Shown here: piece after piece, positions 29,421-39,234 of the stretch | How positions within the stretch are numbered: position 1 is the first letter of the stretch | Layout of the letters: every line of letters starts with the position of its first letter | Assembly (NCBI GenBank): GCA_041178085.1 | Contig: JBEGVZ010000042.1 | Coordinates: 1 to 59,683 of the forward strand | DNA: 59,683 bases | From: Pseudomonadota bacterium | Lineage (GTDB): Bacteria; Bdellovibrionota_B; Oligoflexia; Oligoflexales; RGVZ01 | Reading direction: 5' to 3' | The notes under the pieces: model-generated | Seen by the model: only the letters and a program-made list of their open reading frames with translations | The model's database searches: none | What the model was told of the DNA's origin: nothing | Made by a program: the position numbers and the translations under genes

Positions 29421-30911
29421 ATGCAATTCAAGACCCAGTTGACGCCAGAACTACGCGATGTTGCCGCCCGGCTGGCGGACGTTGCGCGTGCGGCTGGTCT
29501 TGATTTCTTCCCGACCATCTTTGAACTGATCGACTACCAGCAGCTAAACGAAATCGCTGCCTACGGGGGGTTCCCCACCCGTTACCCGCACTGGCGCTTC
29601 GGCATGGAATACGACCGCCTGTCCAAGAGTTACACTTATGGGTTGTCGGTGATTTATGAAATGGTGATCAACAACAACCCTTGCTATGCATACCTGCTGC
29701 GCGCCAACAGCCTGGCCTTCCAGAAGACGGTCATTGCCCACGTTTACGCCCACTGCGACTTTTTCAAGAACAATTACTGGTTCAGCAAGACCAACCGCAA
29801 GATGCTGGATCAGATGGCGAACCACGCCGCATACGTGCGCTCGCTGATCGACGATGTTGGACACGACGAGGTCGAATCGTTCATCGATACGTGTTTGTCG
29901 ATCGAGAACCTGATCGACATTCATGCGCCTTTCAGGCCAGCCCCAAAAAGGCCAGAGGCTGATGCCCAGCCTGCTCAGGGCAAGGCAGTGCCCAAGATCA
30001 AGGCCAAGGCCTACATGGACCGCTACGTGAATCCCAAGGAATTCCTGGATGCTCAGGCCCAAAAACAGGTCGAGGCTGCCGAACGGCGCCGCGGATTTCC
30101 CGAGCAACCGGAGCGCGATGTCCTCAAGTTCCTGATCGACCATGCTCCGGTCGAGGCATGGCAAAAGCGGCTCATCGAGATCATCCGGGATGAGTCCTAT
30201 TACTTTGCCCCGCAGGGCCAGACCAAGATCATGAACGAGGGTTGGGCGACCTACTGGCACAGCGAGATGATGACTCGCCTGGCGCCTCTGACTGAAAGCG
30301 AGATCATCGACTATTGCGAACAGTATGCCGGCGTCGTTGCGGCAGCTCCCGGTCAGCTTAACCCCTACAAGCTGGGTGTCGAGCTGCTGCGTCACGTGGA
30401 GCGTCGCTGGGACAAGGGGCGGTTCGGCAAGGACTATGTGGAGTGTGACGACCCGAAAAAACGCGCTGAATGGGACACCGGCGCCCGTCAGGGACGGGCC
30501 AAGTTGTTCGAGATCAGAAGGATCCACAACGACATCACCTTCATTGACGAATTCCTTGACGAGGATTTCTGTCATGAGACCAAGATGTTCATGTACGATT
30601 ATGATCGCAGGAGTGGACAGTATGTCATCTCAGGGCGTGATTTCCGGGAAATCAAACGCCGGCTTCTGCAGCAACTGACCAACTTTGGCCAGCCCGTCAT
30701 CACGGTCAAGGATGGCAACTTCAAGAATCGCGGCGAACTGTTGCTTCTGCATCAGCACGAGGGCGTGGACCTGAAGCACGATTTCGCCCTTGAGACTCTG
30801 AAGAACATTTTCAAGATCTGGCGTCGTCCGGTCCACTTGGAGACCATCGTTGAGGATTCGCGGCGCCGGATTTCGTTTGATGGTAGCAGCCACCAGGTTG
30901 AAAAGATCTGA
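29421..30911 (+). CDS. spoVR: SpoVR/YcgB family protein
   Basis: GFPTRYPHWRFG, YEMVINNNPCYAYL, AHVYAHCDFFKNN, TKIMNEGWA. Confidence 0.94.
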   Translation: MQFKTQLTPELRDVAARLADVARAAGLDFFPTIFELIDYQQLNEIAAYGGFPTRYPHWRFGMEYDRLSKSYTYGLSVIYEMVINNNPCYAYLLRANSLAFQKTVIAHVYAHCDFFKNNYWFSKTNRKMLDQMANHAAYVRSLIDDVGHDEVESFIDTCLSIENLIDIHAPFRPAPKRPEADAQPAQGKAVPKIKAKAYMDRYVNPKEFLDAQAQKQVEAAERRRGFPEQPERDVLKFLIDHAPVEAWQKRLIEIIRDESYYFAPQGQTKIMNEGWATYWHSEMMTRLAPLTESEIIDYCEQYAGVVAAAPGQLNPYKLGVELLRHVERRWDKGRFGKDYVECDDPKKRAEWDTGARQGRAKLFEIRRIHNDITFIDEFLDEDFCHETKMFMYDYDRRSGQYVISGRDFREIKRRLLQQLTNFGQPVITVKDGNFKNRGELLLLHQHEGVDLKHDFALETLKNIFKIWRRPVHLETIVEDSRRRISFDGSSHQVEKI

Positions 30912-30937
30912 TATCCCGGTTTGGATTGGAGAAATCG

Positions 30938-32695
30938 ATGGGAGTCATCAATCTCATGCTCGGCCTCGTTGTCTTGTTCCTGACAAGCTTGTTCCCGGCA
31001 TCAAGTGCCTTCGCGGGTGCCGACATGCCGCGCCTGGAACGTGCAGTGGTTTTCGTCCCTGACTTCTCCAGGGGCATTGAAGCAAATCCCAGGCTCGCCG
31101 GCTTCCGTGCGGCAACGTCGGATGCATTTGCCTCCGCGGTGGCCAATGCGGGGCGTTTCCGTGTGATTGATGCGGAACTGGCTGCACGCGTGCGTGGTGA
31201 CGAAAAGGCAAGGAACGAATTGATTGAGCAATTCGAGGTGGATGCATTTGTCTCCCTTGAGGTGATCGATCGGGGCGACACCTTTGATTTCGTTGCGCGT
31301 GTCCTTGGCCGCAAGCTGGAAATCCTGCTCCAGGAATCCGAGGCGGGCGACGCGACAGACATGCAGGGCGGCGGACCGAAAGGTGTGACTCCCCTGGTGG
31401 AGAAGTTGGTTTTCCGTTTGCTGAACAGGATTCCCTACGACGCCAAGGTGCTTTCTTTGCAAGGGCGTTACCTTGTCTTTTCGGGCGGCTCAGTCCAGGG
31501 CGTCCAGGTTGGTGACGAAGTCCAGGTTTCCCGTGTCTCCGTGGCATCGAAGCATCCTGCGACCGGCGCATGGACAAAGTTTTCCAGTGAATCGCTTGGT
31601 CGTGCGAAGGTCGTCGAAGTAAAGGAAAATACGTCCATCGGACAAATGACCGGGCAGAATCGGCCTGGTGCGGTCCGGGTTGGAGATGTGGTGAAGCTCG
31701 AGCGGATCGCTTCCCGCGCCAAGTTTGCGCGCGAGAATTCAAATCCTGATTACGATTCAACTGTGCTTGGCGCACCCTCGCGCCCCATACCGGTGGAACC
31801 AATCACTGCACCTGCGGCTCCGGTGACAAAAATTCCTGGAGCATCACCCGCACCCCAGGCTCCCGTGACCGAGGTTCCTGTGGCCCAGACTGGAACTCCT
31901 GCGCCGGCAGTCAAGGCAGACCCGAAAGAACCCAAGCCTGATGAAGCAGTGATCCCGGTGGCATCCGAAGAAGAAGGTGGTATCGGTGGCGGCAAAAAAG
32001 ACACTTGGTTTGGCTCCGTTGCAGCCGGAATTTTCTCCGAAGGCGAGCTTGGACTGGGGCTCCGTTCCTGGTCGGTGTCGGGCCCTGTCTCGGCATCAAC
32101 AGCGGCTCCCTACACGCTCGTCAACAACATCAGCTTGCGCGGAACGCGCCGCTTGAGCGTTGAGGCGTCCGGTGACCTCGAAGCGGATTTTTCTTTCGGC
32201 TCAACCACGCGCGGAAGTTTCTCGGGTTATGACCTGCGCGGGAACGGCTACTTGGAGTACCCGGTTGCGCCCGGCACATTCTCCGGGGTTCCGACGCTCC
32301 GCAAGTGGCGTTACGGCGGGGTTGGCCGACTGGTCGGCCTGAGCGTATCGGGCGAGCGCTTCGGCGGTCTTGATGCTTTCTTCCTTGGTTTCTTTGGTGG
32401 TGCCCGCGGTGACGTCATGGTGGGCGGCACAAACCGCAAGGTTGGTTTGCAAGGAGACTTCTTCCTTTATCCTTTGACGGTGGGTAGTTACGGATATCGT
32501 GGTGCGCAGCAGTCGATCAGTTCAGCACTGGGTTCGGCCCTCGAACTTAAAATTTTCCGTCCTGCCGATATCAAGGGTGACGCCGAGTACGGGCTCACCT
32601 GGCAGTACGAAACGCACTCCTTTTCGCTGGCCAACGGGAAGACGGCGGGGTACGACTCGTCGCGCTTTTACCTCGGCATCCGGGCGGAACTTTAA
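30938..32695 (+). CDS. Exported protein: FlgT/CsgG-like N-region, Pro-rich linker, C-terminal beta-barrel
   Basis: Signal peptide; G...GV.VGD..V...HP.TG......G...VVEV pattern; APAAP linker; terminal strand FYLGIRAEL. Confidence 0.55.
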   Translation: MGVINLMLGLVVLFLTSLFPASSAFAGADMPRLERAVVFVPDFSRGIEANPRLAGFRAATSDAFASAVANAGRFRVIDAELAARVRGDEKARNELIEQFEVDAFVSLEVIDRGDTFDFVARVLGRKLEILLQESEAGDATDMQGGGPKGVTPLVEKLVFRLLNRIPYDAKVLSLQGRYLVFSGGSVQGVQVGDEVQVSRVSVASKHPATGAWTKFSSESLGRAKVVEVKENTSIGQMTGQNRPGAVRVGDVVKLERIASRAKFARENSNPDYDSTVLGAPSRPIPVEPITAPAAPVTKIPGASPAPQAPVTEVPVAQTGTPAPAVKADPKEPKPDEAVIPVASEEEGGIGGGKKDTWFGSVAAGIFSEGELGLGLRSWSVSGPVSASTAAPYTLVNNISLRGTRRLSVEASGDLEADFSFGSTTRGSFSGYDLRGNGYLEYPVAPGTFSGVPTLRKWRYGGVGRLVGLSVSGERFGGLDAFFLGFFGGARGDVMVGGTNRKVGLQGDFFLYPLTVGSYGYRGAQQSISSALGSALELKIFRPADIKGDAEYGLTWQYETHSFSLANGKTAGYDSSRFYLGIRAEL

Positions 32696-32733
32696 GAGAC
32701 GGGTGACGGGGTCAGGCAAAAGGAGTCTGACCC

Positions 32734-33705
32734 GTGAAACAATACTGGAATCATCTGCTTGGCACCTCCCTGGGTGCGGCTTTGCTTGCCGCTCCGGCCT
32801 TGGCATCTGGACGGACTTATCCGCTGTGGGATGACGTGGACCAGGATCTGATCCTGCGTCGTGGCAACACCTGGGTTGTCCAGGGCGAAGTGCACGTTCT
32901 TGCAGGGGTCACCCTGACGGTCGAGGAAGGTGCCACCATTCTGATCAAGAATGGCAAGATCCGCGGCACTAATCTTGACCGCGCTGCCCTCATTTTTGAC
33001 CCTGGCTCCCGCCTGCGTGCTGATCGCATGACGATCGCTGCAGCCGGGGCAGGGGATCGCCCGGAAAAGCGCGCCGACAATGCTGGGGTGTGGTTTCTTG
33101 GCTCGTGGGCGTCGGGAGAAAAGGACGGGATTTCAGTCACGGCCAACCCGCGCGGTCCCGCTTCGTCTTTCATCGCCGAAGAGATTGCGGTTTCTGACCT
33201 GGGGCACATGGATCCGGCGCCAACGCCCCGCAGCATGAACCCGTCCGGTGACGACGTGGACGGGATATCCCTGATTGGCCTTGGCATGTCCGAGTGGAAA
33301 ATCCGACGCGTAGAAAGTAATTTCTCCGGCGACGATGGTTTTGACGTCACCAATTCCAATATTGAAATGGAAGCGCTCACCATCAAAACCCCTTTTGAAG
33401 ACGCCCTGAACATCAGCAGCAGTCGCGTTCGTGTGACGCGCAAGCTGGACGTCAGCATGAGCCGCAGCCGATTGCCCGACCGCGAGATCTTTGATCTTGA
33501 GGTGGATGACGGTCCGTCCCACGTGGTGATCGCAAGGGGTGCCCGCGTTGACTTGAGCGGTCGCTTCGGCGATGAAGTCCAGTTGCGATCAGGCACGTTG
33601 CCTCAGCCGGAATTGTGCACGGACGAAGGTCCTTGTCCGTTTTACGAATTCCACGGGACATCCCGCTCCGGGCCAACTTCAATCTTCTCAATTGATCAGG
33701 ATTGA
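32734..33705 (+). CDS. Secreted protein with predicted parallel beta-helix
   Basis: Signal ALA; WVVQGEVHV..GVTLTVEEG; repeated GDDVDG / GDDGFD / FEDAL turns. Confidence 0.6.
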   Translation: MKQYWNHLLGTSLGAALLAAPALASGRTYPLWDDVDQDLILRRGNTWVVQGEVHVLAGVTLTVEEGATILIKNGKIRGTNLDRAALIFDPGSRLRADRMTIAAAGAGDRPEKRADNAGVWFLGSWASGEKDGISVTANPRGPASSFIAEEIAVSDLGHMDPAPTPRSMNPSGDDVDGISLIGLGMSEWKIRRVESNFSGDDGFDVTNSNIEMEALTIKTPFEDALNISSSRVRVTRKLDVSMSRSRLPDREIFDLEVDDGPSHVVIARGARVDLSGRFGDEVQLRSGTLPQPELCTDEGPCPFYEFHGTSRSGPTSIFSIDQD

Positions 33706-34487
33706 ACGCCTGATTTTGCCGGAGTCACGGCGACGACGTGAGCGTTGTCGCCAAGGAATGCCCGGTGAAAACTTTTTCCATCGTAGATCAGTGCGTTCGG
33801 CACGTCCCACGAATCCATGCACATCACGAGCTGGTCTTGATTTCCACCGTTGATCGGTACCGCCCACGGGCGGTGAAAGTGACCGAAGATCAAGTGGTCG
33901 ACATTTTTGCTGCGCGCAAAGGCTCGCGCATCGCCCAGGATTGCTGCGTCATCAAGGGTCCGGTAGGGGTCACGTGCTCGTGATGCCTTGGCGTGCTGCA
34001 AGGCATAAGCATCCATCATCATGCCCGGTACAAAACTGGCCGCCATCAATGTCGGCTTTGCCTTGATCAGGGTCCGGAAAGCGAGGTAGGCGCGGGGTGC
34101 GTTGAACAAGTCGCCATGAGTCAGCAGAATGCGCGCTCCTGATTCTGACTGCCAGACGAGTCCGCGCTCATTGATTGTCTCGCAGACCACTTCAACGCCG
34201 CGCCAACCGGCGGAACGCAATTCAAACTCGTGGTTGCCCTCAATGAAGACAACCCTCGTACCGGCAGCGGCCAATGCTTCAAGTCGTTCCACAAGCGCCG
34301 CAAATTTCCGCCGGAAGTAGGTCTGGTTGCCCAGGTAGAAATCAAAAATGTCGCCCAGCAAGGCAAAGCAAGCTGGCCTTTGCTTGATTGCCGATTCGAT
34401 TGCCTGGATCAGCAGGACGTATCGCGGATCGTCCTGGGAGCGCAGGTGGATGTCGGAGACTGTGACCAGCTCGGCATTGGCAAACAT
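33696..34487 (-). CDS. lpxH: LpxH-like UDP-2,3-diacylglucosamine hydrolase (metallophosphoesterase)
   Basis: SDIHL, GDIFD, EGNHE, THGD, GHFHRP. Confidence 0.8.
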   Translation of the reverse strand: MFANAELVTVSDIHLRSQDDPRYVLLIQAIESAIKQRPACFALLGDIFDFYLGNQTYFRRKFAALVERLEALAAAGTRVVFIEGNHEFELRSAGWRGVEVVCETINERGLVWQSESGARILLTHGDLFNAPRAYLAFRTLIKAKPTLMAASFVPGMMMDAYALQHAKASRARDPYRTLDDAAILGDARAFARSKNVDHLIFGHFHRPWAVPINGGNQDQLVMCMDSWDVPNALIYDGKSFHRAFLGDNAHVVAVTPAKSGVQS

Positions 34488-34617
34488 CAAATCATCCCGT
34501 CTTTTTCATCGGATTTCGCGGGCCTTGTGGCAGCGGTAGCCCTGACACGCCTGGCTCCGGGCCGTTCCGGGGGCCGCCGGAACTTCAGGGAATACCGGCA
34601 GGACCGACAATAACCCC

Positions 34618-35877
34618 ATGGGAACCATACGGAAATCGATATTTGCGGCCTGGCTTTTATCGGCGGCGTGGGTGCGCCTCGAAGCGAGTCCGTTTTCCCA
34701 TCAGCGCAACCTGATTCCTGGTCACCGCGCAGCGTCCATGGCGGGGGCCTTCACCGCTGTGGCCGACGATCCATCCGCAGTGCATTGGAACCCGGCTGGC
34801 CTGGCCCTGATGGACCGGCCCGAAGTGTCCATGTCCGGTCTGGGTCTTGTCCATTCAGAAACCCGCTACGATGAGACGGTGGATGGCGCGGCATTCGTCG
34901 AGCGCACGCAAACTTACACGCCGGGTTTCTTCGGATCTAGCCTGCGCCTTGGCCGGCTGGGCCTTGGTTACGGATTTTCCTCGCTCGACGAGCGCAACGT
35001 CAACCAGAACGATTCGTTCGCGGATGTGGAACTGGTCACCGGTGAGACGGTCGACTATTACCGGACCTATCAGGAGAGCTCGAACCTGTCTTCAATCGGT
35101 GCTGGTGCCGCCTTCGCCTTCTCAGAAAGTTTTTCCGCAGGTCTTTCGGCGGCCTACTATCGCCGCCAGTCAGCCGTCTCAAACTTCCAGATTGTCACCG
35201 CTGCGTCTGGCGCCTTCACAACCCGCAACCTCAAGTTCGAGACCTTGAACGAAGGGTTGCTTGGGACGGTTGGCCTGCTCGTCCGCAGCGGCAAGTTTCG
35301 CGCAGGGTTCAGCTACCGCTACCCTTTTGCCCTGAGCGACAATACCTCTGTGTCTGACGTTCTGGCTGACAGCCCGGGCGGCGACAGTGCGCAGGTGCCT
35401 GGCTCGGTAAATCGCGTTACTTCGCTCGAGGGAAAGACGCGGGACTTTGACGAACCGGCAGTCCGCACCTACCAGCTGGGTCTGGCCTGGGGTACGCCGG
35501 GCGTTGCCTTGCTCGCCGCGGACCTGATCAAGCACGCGCCTGGGGAAGCGGACGGAGCAAGGGGCCTGCAAACCACATACAACTTTTCGGCGGGCTTGGA
35601 GGCGGGTTTGGGCGGGATTGTCTTTCGCGGCGGGATCCTGAGTAATTTAAGCCTCTACCCTGCTCCGGCCACCGGTCAGGCCAACCAGCCCACGGCGATC
35701 GACTACCGGGGCTACGCCGCCGGGATCGGTTTTACGACAAAAACCAGAGAAGTTTCAGTTGGTTACATCAGGCAGATCGGCTCCGGAACGGCGCAAATGG
35801 TGGCCGATTCCCTGGCGATCCAGAACGTCTCCGGCTCGATGGAGAACCTTTTGCTGTCCTCGCGGGTCTTCTTTTAA
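34618..35877 (+). CDS. FadL/OmpP1/TodX-family outer-membrane transporter
   Basis: RAASMAGAFTAVADDPSAVHWNPAGL hatch motif; C-terminal Phe. Confidence 0.82.
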   Translation: MGTIRKSIFAAWLLSAAWVRLEASPFSHQRNLIPGHRAASMAGAFTAVADDPSAVHWNPAGLALMDRPEVSMSGLGLVHSETRYDETVDGAAFVERTQTYTPGFFGSSLRLGRLGLGYGFSSLDERNVNQNDSFADVELVTGETVDYYRTYQESSNLSSIGAGAAFAFSESFSAGLSAAYYRRQSAVSNFQIVTAASGAFTTRNLKFETLNEGLLGTVGLLVRSGKFRAGFSYRYPFALSDNTSVSDVLADSPGGDSAQVPGSVNRVTSLEGKTRDFDEPAVRTYQLGLAWGTPGVALLAADLIKHAPGEADGARGLQTTYNFSAGLEAGLGGIVFRGGILSNLSLYPAPATGQANQPTAIDYRGYAAGIGFTTKTREVSVGYIRQIGSGTAQMVADSLAIQNVSGSMENLLLSSRVFF

Positions 35878-35973
35878 GCAAAGCGGCTTGCCAAAACCCC
35901 CCGGTTTTGATTCCCTTTTGGTCAGTTGAAGGCGGATCTTTCCGCCATTAGTCCATTTTCAGGAGTTTGAGTA

Positions 35974-36216
35974 ATGTCTGCTTCCGTTGAGGAAAAAGTA
36001 AAGCAAATCGTGGTGAACCAACTCGGTGTTGAAGAGTCAGCTGTCACCACCAGCGCGAAATTCATTGAAGACCTCGGTGCCGACTCTCTCGACATCGTTG
36101 AGCTGGTCATGGCGATGGAAGAAGCCTTCGGCGTGGACATCCCGGATGAAGAAGCTGAGAACATCCGTACGGTGAACGACGCCATTGCCTTTATCAAAAA
36201 GACCGAAGAAGCCTGA
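35974..36216 (+). CDS. acpP: Acyl carrier protein
   Basis: [20 protein letters not shown]. Confidence 0.97.
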   Translation: MSASVEEKVKQIVVNQLGVEESAVTTSAKFIEDLGADSLDIVELVMAMEEAFGVDIPDEEAENIRTVNDAIAFIKKTEEA

Positions 36217-36224
36217 TTGCCAAG

Positions 36225-36692
36225 ATGAAAATCGGACTCTCGGCAGATCATGCCGGCAAAGAATTGAAAGAAATTCTTCTCGGACTGGTGACTGCCATGG
36301 GTCACGAGGCGGTAGACTACGGTGTCGCCGTCTCCAATGAGCAATCGGTGGACTACCCCGATTACGCAGCCCTTCTGGCTCATGACATTTCAAATGGCCG
36401 TGTCGATGCCGGTGTCGCAGTTTGCGGCAGCGGCATTGGCATGTCCATCACGGCCAACAAGTTTCCGGGAGTACGGGCGGCCGTGGTCTGGGACGAATAC
36501 AGTGCACGCATGTCGCGCGCGCACAATGACGCAAACATGCTGTGCCTTGGCTCGCGAACGCTCAACGAGCACCGGGCCTCTGACTTCCTGAAGATCTGGC
36601 TCGAAACGAAGTTCGAGGGCGGGCGCCACAAGATGCGGCTCGACAAGATCCGGGAGATTGAAAAGAAGAATTTCCGGCCGCGGCAGGGATAA
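36225..36692 (+). CDS. rpiB: Ribose-5-phosphate isomerase B
   Basis: ADHAG, VDYPD, CGSGIG, HNDAN, FEGGRH. Confidence 0.96.
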   Translation: MKIGLSADHAGKELKEILLGLVTAMGHEAVDYGVAVSNEQSVDYPDYAALLAHDISNGRVDAGVAVCGSGIGMSITANKFPGVRAAVVWDEYSARMSRAHNDANMLCLGSRTLNEHRASDFLKIWLETKFEGGRHKMRLDKIREIEKKNFRPRQG

Positions 36693-36728
36693 TGGTGGCC
36701 GGCACATAGCCAGGAAAAGGCAACAACG

Positions 36729-37997
36729 ATGACTCACCGTGAATCACCCTGGTCCATCCTGGAACAGTCCGACCCCGAGATCTTCACCCTGGTGCAAGAA
36801 GAACTGGAACGGCAGCGACACGGCCTGGAGTTGATCGCGTCGGAGAACTTCGCATCCCCGGCGGTCCTCTCGGCTGCCGCCAACCCGCTGACCAACAAGT
36901 ATGCCGAAGGGCTTCCCGGCAAGCGTTACTATGGCGGCTGTGAAGTCGTTGACCAGGTGGAATCGCTGGCAATCAGCCGCGCTTGCCAGCTGTTCGGTGC
37001 AAAGCATGCAAACGTGCAGCCGCACTCGGGCGCGCAAGCCAACGCCGGTGTGTACCTTGCGTTGCTGCAACCAGGCGATAAGGTGCTTGGCCTCGACCTT
37101 GCCCATGGTGGCCACCTGACTCACGGATCCAAGGTTAATTTTTCCGGGATTTTGTACGAATCGCATTTCTACGGTGTCGATCCCGTCACCGAGCAGATCA
37201 ACTACGACTCGGTCCGCGCAAAGGCGCTCGAAGTTCGTCCGAAAATGATCCTGGCCGGCGCCAGCGCCTATTCGCGGGTGATTGATTTCGCCCGTTTCCG
37301 TGCGATTGCCGATGAAGTTGGCGCTTTCCTGATGGTGGATATGGCCCACATCGCCGGGCTCGTCGCGGCGGGCGTCCATCCAAGCCCTGTGCCTCACGCC
37401 CATGTCGTGACAACGACCACCCACAAGACTCTGCGCGGTCCGCGTGGCGGACTTATCTTGACCAATGATGATGAGCTGGCCGTCAAGTTCAACAAGGCGA
37501 TGTTCCCGGGTATCCAGGGTGGACCGCTTGAGCACATCATTGTGGCGAAGGCAGTTTGTTTTCGCGAGGCTCTCAAGCCGGAATTCAAGGGCTATCAGCA
37601 GGCGGTCGTCGCCAATGCAGCGGCTCTTGCCCGTGAGCTGATGAATCAGGATTTCAAGATTGTTTCCGGTGGTACGGAAAACCACCTTCTCTTGATCGAT
37701 TTATCCCCGACCGCGGTCAGCGGCAAGCAGCTTGAAGAGGCGCTTGGCAAAGCAGCCATCACGGTAAACAAAAATACCGTTCCAAACGAGAAACGTTCCC
37801 CGTTTGTCACCAGCGGTGTCCGCATGGGGACGCCTGCCGTGACGACACGCGGATTTGGTGTGGACGAAATGAAAATGATCGCGCGGTTTACCCGGACCGC
37901 ATTTGAACATGTGAAAAACGACGAGAAGCTGGCGCTCCTTCGCCGCGAGGTGGTCGAGCTGTCGAAGCGGTACCCCCTGTACAAGATTTGGGCTTGA
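36729..37997 (+). CDS. glyA: Serine hydroxymethyltransferase
   Basis: [26 protein letters not shown]. Confidence 0.98.
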   Translation: MTHRESPWSILEQSDPEIFTLVQEELERQRHGLELIASENFASPAVLSAAANPLTNKYAEGLPGKRYYGGCEVVDQVESLAISRACQLFGAKHANVQPHSGAQANAGVYLALLQPGDKVLGLDLAHGGHLTHGSKVNFSGILYESHFYGVDPVTEQINYDSVRAKALEVRPKMILAGASAYSRVIDFARFRAIADEVGAFLMVDMAHIAGLVAAGVHPSPVPHAHVVTTTTHKTLRGPRGGLILTNDDELAVKFNKAMFPGIQGGPLEHIIVAKAVCFREALKPEFKGYQQAVVANAAALARELMNQDFKIVSGGTENHLLLIDLSPTAVSGKQLEEALGKAAITVNKNTVPNEKRSPFVTSGVRMGTPAVTTRGFGVDEMKMIARFTRTAFEHVKNDEKLALLRREVVELSKRYPLYKIWA

Positions 37998-38021
37998 CGA
38001 AGCCAGACTGGGAACCTGAAA

Positions 38022-38486
38022 TTGAAGTGTCCACAGTGCACATTTGAAGACACGAAGGTGCTCGAAAGCCGTCTTTCGCACGAGGGGCGGAGTGTTCGCC
38101 GGCGCCGCTCCTGCGTCCAGTGCAATTACCGCTTCACGACCTACGAAAAAGAAGAAGAATTCAGCTTCCAGATACTGAAAAAAGACGGGCGCGCGGAGCC
38201 GTATCAAAGGCTCAAGGCCTTGAAGTCCCTGCAGATTGCCTGCAGTAAGCGGCCGATCACCCTCGATCAGATCGAGGAGATGCTGGATCGCCTTGAGCGC
38301 GCAATTCAAGAGCTTGGTGAGAGGACTGTCTCCAGCCAGATGCTGGGCGACATGATCATGCAAAAACTCCACAGCCTGGACAAGGTGGCTTACGTCCGCT
38401 TTGCCTCGGTTTACAAAGACTTCAAGGATCCCGATGAGTTCCTTGTCGAACTGAAGGGTCTGAGCGAGAAATGTTCACAGGACTGA
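38022..38486 (+). CDS. nrdR: Transcriptional repressor NrdR
   Basis: CPQC..RRRRSC..C..RFTTYE; VAYVRFASVY. Confidence 0.96.
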   Translation: MKCPQCTFEDTKVLESRLSHEGRSVRRRRSCVQCNYRFTTYEKEEEFSFQILKKDGRAEPYQRLKALKSLQIACSKRPITLDQIEEMLDRLERAIQELGERTVSSQMLGDMIMQKLHSLDKVAYVRFASVYKDFKDPDEFLVELKGLSEKCSQD

Positions 38487-39100
38487 TTGAGCGCACCGGC
38501 ACCGTTTTTGCGGTGAATCCTGCCGCGGGTGGCGCTCCTGCGCGCTTGTGGGTTGAAGTGGGTGAGGGTTTTCCCGCCGCCCATGGGGACAGCATCGCGG
38601 TGAATGGTTGCTGCCTCACAGTTGTGGCGCAGCGTGACAACCAGTACGCATTTGATGTTTCAAGTGAGACGCTGGCCTGCACGACATTTGGCGTGATGCT
38701 CTCCACCGCAATCTTTAACGGGAGCAAAATCAATCTTGAGCGCGCCTTGCGTGCAGGTGATCGCCTGGGTGGTCATCTTGTTTCTGGACACGTCGACGGA
38801 ACCGCCAAGGTTTTGGCATTGGACAGCAATGCGACCGGCTGGCTTTTTCGGATCGAGATATCCAGGTCGATGGCGCGTCTGGTCATTCCCAAGGGTTCGA
38901 TCTGTGTTGACGGAGTCAGCCTTACGGTCAATGCGATCAAGGATTTTGCCGCTCACTCGGTCGTCGAGATGATGTTGATCCCCACGACGCTGCAACTCAC
39001 CAACCTTGCAGCAAGAAACCCAGGCGATTTGGTGAATGTCGAACTCGACATGATGGCCAAATTTGCTGCGCGACAGCAAGAGACGCGCGACTGGGCATGA
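38471..39100 (+). CDS. ribE: Riboflavin synthase
   Basis: MFTGLIE, GDSIAVNGCCLT, GGHLVSGHVD, KGSICVDGVSLT. Confidence 0.95.
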   Translation: MFTGLIERTGTVFAVNPAAGGAPARLWVEVGEGFPAAHGDSIAVNGCCLTVVAQRDNQYAFDVSSETLACTTFGVMLSTAIFNGSKINLERALRAGDRLGGHLVSGHVDGTAKVLALDSNATGWLFRIEISRSMARLVIPKGSICVDGVSLTVNAIKDFAAHSVVEMMLIPTTLQLTNLAARNPGDLVNVELDMMAKFAARQQETRDWA

Positions 39101-39234
39101 GTTTCCTATAAAAATTGATGATGGTGTGGGCAGCCTCCGCCCATCGCATCTGCGATTCTGCTCTTGATAAAATCAAGGATGCGGTGCTCATCCGGATGTT
39201 CTTTCCGGGTGAATCTTAAAAACAGGGGGTTCTC

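Noticed and set aside
39164..39176. FNR/CRP-type box
   Set aside because: Spacing is TTGAT-N3-ATCAA, not the required N4.
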